Shown one piece after another: positions 58,696 through 64,000 of a stretch of 64,000 nt of DNA (the stretch's first letter is position 1; the number at the start of each line of letters is the position of its first letter). The DNA comes from Naegleria gruberi (taxonomy: Eukaryota). A model generated the notes under the pieces. It had not been told where the DNA came from, ran no database searches, and worked only from the letters and a program-made list of their open reading frames with translations. The stretch lies in assembly GCA_000004985.1 (NCBI GenBank), contig GG738845.1, one strand, 5' to 3'. Position numbers and translations under genes: made by a program.

Positions 58696-59277
58696 ATGCC
58701 AAAAGTAAGAGAATTAAAACACCACGAACAAAAGCTATTAAAAAGAGTTGATTTTTTAAATTGGAAGTCGGATGGTGTCACTCCCGAATATAAGGAATAT
58801 ATCTTAAAAACCATTCAAAAATACCAATTAAAAGATCAGAAGGAATTTTTTAATTACCAGAGAATAGCAACACAAATCAACAACACATTAAATAGTATTA
58901 AAGAATTAGATGATAAAATTTATAGAGACTTTAAAGTTGATCAATTAGTGATGCTTGGTAAAAAATTATTTGATATGGGAATTTTGGATTCGGAAGCAGA
59001 AATAGAAACATTAAAAAAGATAACTGTGGGTAGATTGTGCAGGAGAAGAATCTCGTATCTTCTCAAGGTTTTACACTTCTCTGAAAGTGTAAGATTGGCT
59101 AATTTGAATATTCAACATGGCCATATTAGGATTGGACCAGAAGTTGTCAAAGATGAAGCATTCCTTGTTTCAAGAAATCTTGAAGATTTTATTACTTGGA
59201 CAAACAAATCAAGAATCAAATCAACAATTCGTAAATTTAATGAGACATTTGATGATTTTGAAGAGCTACAAGAATAA
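58696..59277 (+). CDS. imp3: U3 small nucleolar ribonucleoprotein IMP3 (ribosomal protein S4/S9 N-terminal + S4 RNA-binding domain)
   Basis: 'KVRELKHHEQKLLKRVDFLNW' and 'RRISYLLKVLHFSESVRLANLNIQHGHIRIGPEVVKDEAFLVSRNLEDFITW' align with human IMP3 ('KLKFHEQKLLKQVDFLNW', '...[30 protein letters not shown]'). The start is taken at Met 58696, not the ORF-track 58657. Confidence 0.8.
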   Translation: MPKVRELKHHEQKLLKRVDFLNWKSDGVTPEYKEYILKTIQKYQLKDQKEFFNYQRIATQINNTLNSIKELDDKIYRDFKVDQLVMLGKKLFDMGILDSEAEIETLKKITVGRLCRRRISYLLKVLHFSESVRLANLNIQHGHIRIGPEVVKDEAFLVSRNLEDFITWTNKSRIKSTIRKFNETFDDFEELQE

Positions 59278-59470
59278 AATTAATTCTACTGATTTTCCTT
59301 CTCTCAAAATATGTTATCTTCACAAGTGCTAGGAAGGTGATTAGGGTTGCTCTATTGATTTCTACCTGCATCCCTTGGAAAACCATACGGAAACTTGAAC
59401 ACACGTCTTGTAGAACAATGTTCATTTTGAATGAAGCAATATTCTGAAAACAAGGCATATTGTGATTATT

Positions 59471-60691
59471 TTATATTTTACAAGAATTCAGGTATTGTCT
59501 TAATTCAGATTCAAGATCAGAAGCAGAAGGTCTGTCATGCATGACAGGATCAACCATGGCCATTAGAATGGCTCTCAGCTCTAAACTCATGGTTGCTGTA
59601 AGTTTTGCAACAAGTGGTCCCCAATCAGAGACTTTACATTGAGGATTTCTGGATGTGGCACTTTCATAAAAATCTGTGAAAACTTTTGGATTCATCAAGT
59701 ACAAAACAGTAGCTCCAAGCGAAAAAATATCTGCCTTTTCGTCAAAATATTTACATCCATCAATTTCTGGTGGTTTGAACATGGGCTCCAAATATGGAAG
59801 ATCATGTTTCAAATACTCTTGTCCAATAACATCAAACAGGCGATAAGCCTCTCTTTTGAAATGAACACAGTATTCGAAATCCTGAAGAACAAAACAAAGA
59901 AAGTTTTGAGATAGTTTTCCTCCTCTTCTTCTTACATTAGATGGACTCACATGCAAATGACAAACATTTCTCTTGTGTAGAAATCTTAGAGCACTTGCTA
60001 TGTCTAAAATTAAAAGACATACTGTAGTTTCATCCCATATTAGATCTTGTTCAATATTTTCTAGAGACTCCATTTCACAGTATATATTGTTATTGAATAA
60101 TATGAATGGTAATTGTTTGGAATAATCAGAATGAGAAAGAAGTAGGCCAATTATGTATTTCTCATTCTTTGTCAATTGTTTTAGTATTGTATTGCTTGCA
60201 ATGGAATACATTGTAGAATTGTTATTAGATTCACCAATATATTTCAACACTTTTCTGTTGAACAAAATACTTGTTGTTTCTGTGGAAAAAGTTGATGTTA
60301 AATTGTGTTTTGTCTTTGAGTGTTGATATTCAATGGACGATTCGATGGCAAAATCTGTTTTTTCTTTTTCGTTTTGGTTGGCCTTTCTGATAGGGCTATA
60401 AAGGGCTAGTCTCGTTGAAAGAACAGATATTAACAATAAAATGGAATCTAAATCTGTAGAGCTGAATTCCTTATGATACAACCGATAATTCTTAATAAAT
60501 ACAGTGGATTCTGTTAAAGTCTCAGAGTCCTCATCTCTTCCTGGTGTGCAAGTTTTGAAGGGACATGCATCCAAGATAAGTAAATGAATTTTGGCCTTAT
60601 TTACAATTAGAGCCATATTCTTTGTTTTGTTTTCGACCTCGTCCATGGAAATATTGGAATTCATTAAATTATTTACCAAAGAACTTTTCAT
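59471..60691 (-). CDS. protein-kinase-like protein, predicted catalytically inactive (pseudokinase); probably has additional 5' exon(s)
   Basis: The C-terminal ~200 aa have kinase C-lobe landmarks in the right order, but the catalytic loop 'HRDLKPSN' reads 'HLHVSPSNV', 'DFG' reads 'DFE', and 'APE' reads 'PPE'. 'DIFSLGATVLYLM' and a terminal 'HDRPSASDL' are retained. No GxGxxG loop is recognisable in the N-terminal half. The frame stays open for 49 codons upstream of ATG 60691 (to 60838). Confidence 0.55.
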   Translation of the reverse strand: MKSSLVNNLMNSNISMDEVENKTKNMALIVNKAKIHLLILDACPFKTCTPGRDEDSETLTESTVFIKNYRLYHKEFSSTDLDSILLLISVLSTRLALYSPIRKANQNEKEKTDFAIESSIEYQHSKTKHNLTSTFSTETTSILFNRKVLKYIGESNNNSTMYSIASNTILKQLTKNEKYIIGLLLSHSDYSKQLPFILFNNNIYCEMESLENIEQDLIWDETTVCLLILDIASALRFLHKRNVCHLHVSPSNVRRRGGKLSQNFLCFVLQDFEYCVHFKREAYRLFDVIGQEYLKHDLPYLEPMFKPPEIDGCKYFDEKADIFSLGATVLYLMNPKVFTDFYESATSRNPQCKVSDWGPLVAKLTATMSLELRAILMAMVDPVMHDRPSASDLESELRQYLNSCKI

Positions 60692-60894
60692 GACTATTAA
60701 AGTTTTGAAAAGATCGGATCCTAAATTTTCCCAATCATCCTCATCATCTGATCTAACTTGAGAAAAGAAATAGTTCTTTCCAAAAGATTGAGCACAACCA
60801 TCAATTGATATGTAAAAGTTTTGGAAAGGCCATCCACCTTGGCTTGCAATTGATTTGAACTATTCTTGTATGAGACAAGTAACAGAAATAAAAC

Positions 60895-61764
60895 TTACCA
60901 ATGATATTTTGAATCAGTCATGGAGATTAAGTTTTTCATTATGGAATGAAATGAGATAGAAATGTCATTCTTTGTTGTTTCCTCATTCAAACAATCACTA
61001 ACAAACTGAAACACACTGCTCAAAACTCCAAGAAGCGATTTTTTGCTGCTACGAGGAAGGGAATCTGATATTTGTTCCAGCAAAATATCCAATGATTTGT
61101 CATTTGTAACGTTTGATGATTCCTCTTCCATTTTCGTTGCTAGTACAGACAATTGTTGAAAAATTGATTCTTCGAATAATTCATGATGTTTCAAGTTTTG
61201 ATCAAAACTTGAAAGATATATACCCAAAGCGCAACAAAAGGAATCAACCTCGGATTTTCGGAAAGGGGTTGAATCGAGGATGTGATTAAAATGTTTCTTT
61301 TCCTGCAATTGTTGACCCATGTTGGATAGGTATTGGGTTAATTGTTTGATAAGAATTTCAAATTTATCTTCATCCGATAATTCCTCACATTCGTTGACAT
61401 CATCAATAAATTTACATAGACTCTCCTCATGATGTTTACTAACCCTCTTTTTGAGCCTTAATTTGTTCAGTGTTAAGGGAGAGGGTTTTGGAGTTTGATG
61501 TAAGGATTGGATCGTATTTTGTTGTTTGGTGCTTTTTGTTGGGAATGATCCAAGCTTTTCCAAATTATCATTACTGCCACGGTTTTGAATTGGTATACCA
61601 AACATAATGGTGAATCTGTCCAAATGGTTTTTTGGTGAGTTAACAGATGTAGGTGATAGATTTGTTGAGAGTTTGTGTGAGAGTAATAATGGAGAGGTGT
61701 TCTCCCTTGTTGGAGTGTTTCCAACAAATGTCTTGGAGGTATGTTTGTGGAGACTCATCAGCAC
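60895..61764 (-). CDS. hypothetical protein (289 aa); possibly the upstream part of the kinase-like gene
   Basis: ORF with gene-like composition and a Ser/Thr/Pro-rich N-terminus. Its stop is embedded in TGGTAAGTT (donor-like). I could not find a phase-compatible acceptor to join it to the downstream kinase-like exon, so it is kept separate. Confidence 0.3.
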   Translation of the reverse strand: MLMSLHKHTSKTFVGNTPTRENTSPLLLSHKLSTNLSPTSVNSPKNHLDRFTIMFGIPIQNRGSNDNLEKLGSFPTKSTKQQNTIQSLHQTPKPSPLTLNKLRLKKRVSKHHEESLCKFIDDVNECEELSDEDKFEILIKQLTQYLSNMGQQLQEKKHFNHILDSTPFRKSEVDSFCCALGIYLSSFDQNLKHHELFEESIFQQLSVLATKMEEESSNVTNDKSLDILLEQISDSLPRSSKKSLLGVLSSVFQFVSDCLNEETTKNDISISFHSIMKNLISMTDSKYHW

Positions 61765-62120
61765 CTCCTTTTTAAACGTCTTGGAAATATTTTGTTCTTA
61801 TTATACCACAGTGCTATCAATAATGGAAGAAATTGTAACGGTTGGAGGGTAGTGTCTGTAAGGCGTTCAAATAAGGGTGTGGATTAATTTTTTAAGAATT
61901 AAAATTCATTTATCTAAAAATTAAAAAATTACATATTTTGCGCTACCCAATTAATTAATAATTTTATTTGAAAATTATTCAAGAACTGTTTGAACTTTTC
62001 CCATTTCTATTGAAAACATTCTGGTAATTCAATATTCCACTAATTTAAAAATATCGAAACTTTTTTTAGGAAATCTATTTACAAATTTATTTACATTTTT
62101 TAAATTTTCTTTTTACACCT

Positions 62121-62375
62121 CTATTTCTTCTCCTCAAAGGCTTTCATGATTTCATCAATCTTCAACTCTTCAGTGGTTGCTGATTGATGTTTTGGTTTTG
62201 AATCTCCGAGAAAATCATCCATAAAACTCATGGAGGAGGTTGTTGAGGAAGCACTTTCGCTTGGTTTAACATTATTATTGGAGCTAAAAAAATCTCCCAA
62301 CTCATCACCTAACTTATTATGTGGTTGAGTGGTTGGTGTAGAGTTTGATTGAGTGGTAAAATTGAATTCTTCCAT
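62121..62375 (-). CDS. hypothetical small acidic protein (84 aa) with repeated D-x-(L)GDFF / DDFLGD motifs
   Basis: ORF only. It has two acidic Phe-containing short linear motifs ('DELGDFFSS', 'MDDFLGDS') that resemble adaptor/clathrin-binding DxF-type motifs. This is speculative. Confidence 0.25.
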   Translation of the reverse strand: MEEFNFTTQSNSTPTTQPHNKLGDELGDFFSSNNNVKPSESASSTTSSMSFMDDFLGDSKPKHQSATTEELKIDEIMKAFEEKK

Positions 62376-62564
62376 ATCGAACAGTGTAATTGACTCTTTT
62401 TTTCTTTGCTTATTTTTTTAGTTACTTTATATTGACAGCATGACGTGATAGATACATTTTTGGTTTGAATGTTGACAAAAGTATTTCTTACTTGTATTCT
62501 TTACAAAATAAAACTTGAAATAAATATGAATCATTGAAAAATTTAAAGTTGTTGTTTATTGGAT

Positions 62565-63870
62565 TTATTTCTTATTCCAAGCATCCATAACTTGTTTCAT
62601 GGTTTCTCCGAGTCTGGCAGGAGATCTGGAGACGACAACACCAGCATCTTCCAAAGCCTTAATCTTTGATGGAGCATCACCCTTACCACCACTGATAACG
62701 GCACCAGCGTGACCCATTCTTCTACCTGGTGGAGCAGTAACACCAGCAATGAAACCAACAACTGGCTTCTTAATTGGGTGATTCTTTAAGAATTCGGCAG
62801 CATCTTCTTCAGCTTGACCACCGATCTCACCAATCATAATAATACCTTCAGTTTCAGGATCATTCAAGAACAAATCCAAAACTTGAATAAAGTTAGTACC
62901 ATTGAATGGATCACCACCAATACCAATACAAGTGGATTGTCCCAAATTGACAGCAGTAGTTTGGGAAACAGCTTCATAAGTCAAAGTACCGGAACGAGAA
63001 ACAATACCAATCTTACCCTTTCTGTGAATGTATCCAGGCATGATACCAATCTTGGATTCTTCAGGTTTAATAACACCAGGACAATTTGGACCAACCAAAC
63101 GAATGTGCAAATTGTTTCCGTATTCAGGAGCAGAAGGAACCAATTTACGGAACAATTCAAGATCTGAACCCTTTCCAAGAACAGCATTACCCTTTGAACC
63201 AAAAGATGGTTTAAAGATTTCATCAAGAGTCATTCCTTGGGCAACTTCATCAGCAACTTGACGTGGTGCACCATATTTACGGAACATTTCCAAGTTCTTT
63301 TCATTGAGAGCTTGCTTGACAATGAGCCTGTGTTGTTTCCAATCATTATCATCATAAATTTTGTTTAAAGATTATTTTGATTGAATCATCATAATTTTCC
63401 ATATTTTCCAAGTAATTTAATAAATTCCAATTAATAATAATTGCTATTACTTACATATCATGTTGAGGAATACCTTCAGTAATACAAACAATCAATGGCA
63501 TTTCGGCTTCAATACTTTCCAAAATAGCTTGGGCAGCACCAGAAGGTGGAACGTAGATAACACTGGCAGAAGCACCAACCTTTTCTCTAGCTTCCTTTAC
63601 ACTAGCAAAGATTGGAAGGTCCATGTTTGGGTGAGTTTGACCACCTTTTTGTGGGTGAACACCACCAACCATCTTGGTACCATATTCAATAGCTTGTTTG
63701 GTGTGGAAAGTACCTTGCTTACCGGTAACACCTTGGCAGATAACTCTGGTATTCTTGTTGAGGAGCAATGTTCTCTTTTGAGTATTCTTAGTTAGGAGTT
63801 GTTGAACAATGCTGGCTTGAAGAGCAGATTTCTTGTTGGTGTTTTGGAAGAGTGATTTAGAGAGAAACAT
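62565..63870 (-). CDS. suclg1: succinyl-CoA ligase (succinate--CoA ligase) alpha subunit, mitochondrial, 2 exons, with an atypical internal insertion
   Basis: Exon 1 is 63455-63870 (presequence MFLSKSL... then the CoA-binding domain '[29 protein letters not shown]...[11 protein letters not shown]'). The 127-nt intron 63328-63454 is GTAAGT..ACAG, phase 2. Exon 2 is 62565-63327 ('[11 protein letters not shown]...[45 protein letters not shown]...GDPFNGTNF...MGHAGA'). The phosphohistidine-loop region and C-terminus are conserved with pig/E. coli SCS-alpha. About 60 extra residues lie between the two conserved domains. Confidence 0.85.
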
Positions 63871-64000
63871 TTTTGGATTATTTTTTATGAGTCCTCTTTG
63901 AGACTTCTCGTTTTCCAAGATCAAAACCAGAGTCAATTATTCAGTCTTTATTCTCCATGTTTAATTAAACAAAAGCTTTTATTTGCGCCATTTCACTTGT

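Noticed and set aside
55336-58814. Multiple minus-strand ORFs (55336-55527, 55702-55902, 55946-56128, 58070-58408, 58224-58421, 58333-58626, 58617-58814) opposite the Sec16-like gene, including Gly/Ile/His-rich repeats
   Set aside because: They are complements of the Met/Asn/Pro-rich coding repeats (e.g. ATGATGAAT -> ATTCATCAT) and show reverse-complement repeat periodicity, not independent coding signal.
60839-60900. Joining ORF 60895-61764 to the pseudokinase exon via the GTAAGT at its stop
   Set aside because: The donor leaves phase 2. Every AG in the following 60 nt gives either an immediate TGA or the wrong frame, so no consistent splice could be built from the sequence as given.
63060-63330. 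Possibility that the SCS-alpha 'insertion' is a retained second intron
   Set aside because: The segment has a 190-nt open frame with protein-like composition, no stops, and no AG dinucleotide positioned to act as an acceptor before 'RLVGPNCPG'. The only usable acceptor is at 63328. It is therefore kept as coding, but flagged as a finding.
1-64000. tRNA, rRNA, snRNA, transposon or long repeat content
   Set aside because: A visual scan for T-loop GGTTCGAATCC-like motifs, rDNA-like GC blocks, LTR/TIR symmetry or long duplicated stretches found nothing. Absence cannot be guaranteed without tRNAscan/Infernal-type searches.

Overview
This is AT-rich (about two-thirds A+T), gene-dense eukaryotic nuclear DNA. 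Many reading frames are interrupted by very short (37-58 nt, one of 127 nt) AT-rich spliceosomal introns with GTAAGT/GTATGT/GTTTGT donors and AG acceptors, and proteins carry Asn/Gln/Thr-rich low-complexity tracts. Codon usage, intron style and gene content (methylmalonyl-CoA mutase, Vps33, Sec16-like, tuberin-like Rap-GAP) resemble a dictyostelid social amoeba of moderate AT content; that lineage call is inference only. I see no rRNA, tRNA, CRISPR, transposon or large repeat. Roughly 39 protein-coding genes on both strands can be supported. Confident calls are exportin-7, an ABCF-type ABC ATPase (3 exons), snRNP SmG, methylmalonyl-CoA mutase, Vps33, a TSC2/RalGAP-like Rap-GAP protein, mitochondrial ribosomal uL23, SET1-type histone methyltransferase, a double cytochrome-b5 protein, aldehyde dehydrogenase (3 exons), choline/ethanolamine kinase, a Kelch protein, MAK16, a DDX31/Dbp7-type DEAD-box helicase, CCT-zeta (3 exons), Rad51 (2 exons), U3 snoRNP IMP3 and succinyl-CoA ligase alpha (2 exons). 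I hand-derived exon/intron structures for 15 genes from frame continuity plus GT..AG boundaries; most of these splices are invisible in the ORF track. The most unusual observations are: a predicted pseudokinase with HRD->HLH and DFG->DFE substitutions; a roughly 60-residue insertion inside an otherwise textbook succinyl-CoA ligase alpha; a Met/Asn-rich and 'MPPP'-repeat Sec16-like protein; Tyr/Pro-rich repeats in SET1; palindromic E2F-like GC boxes in an AT-rich divergent promoter; and several implausibly short intergenic spacers. I found no evidence of a novel multi-gene system such as a defence island or biosynthetic cluster; the window looks like ordinary housekeeping chromosome.
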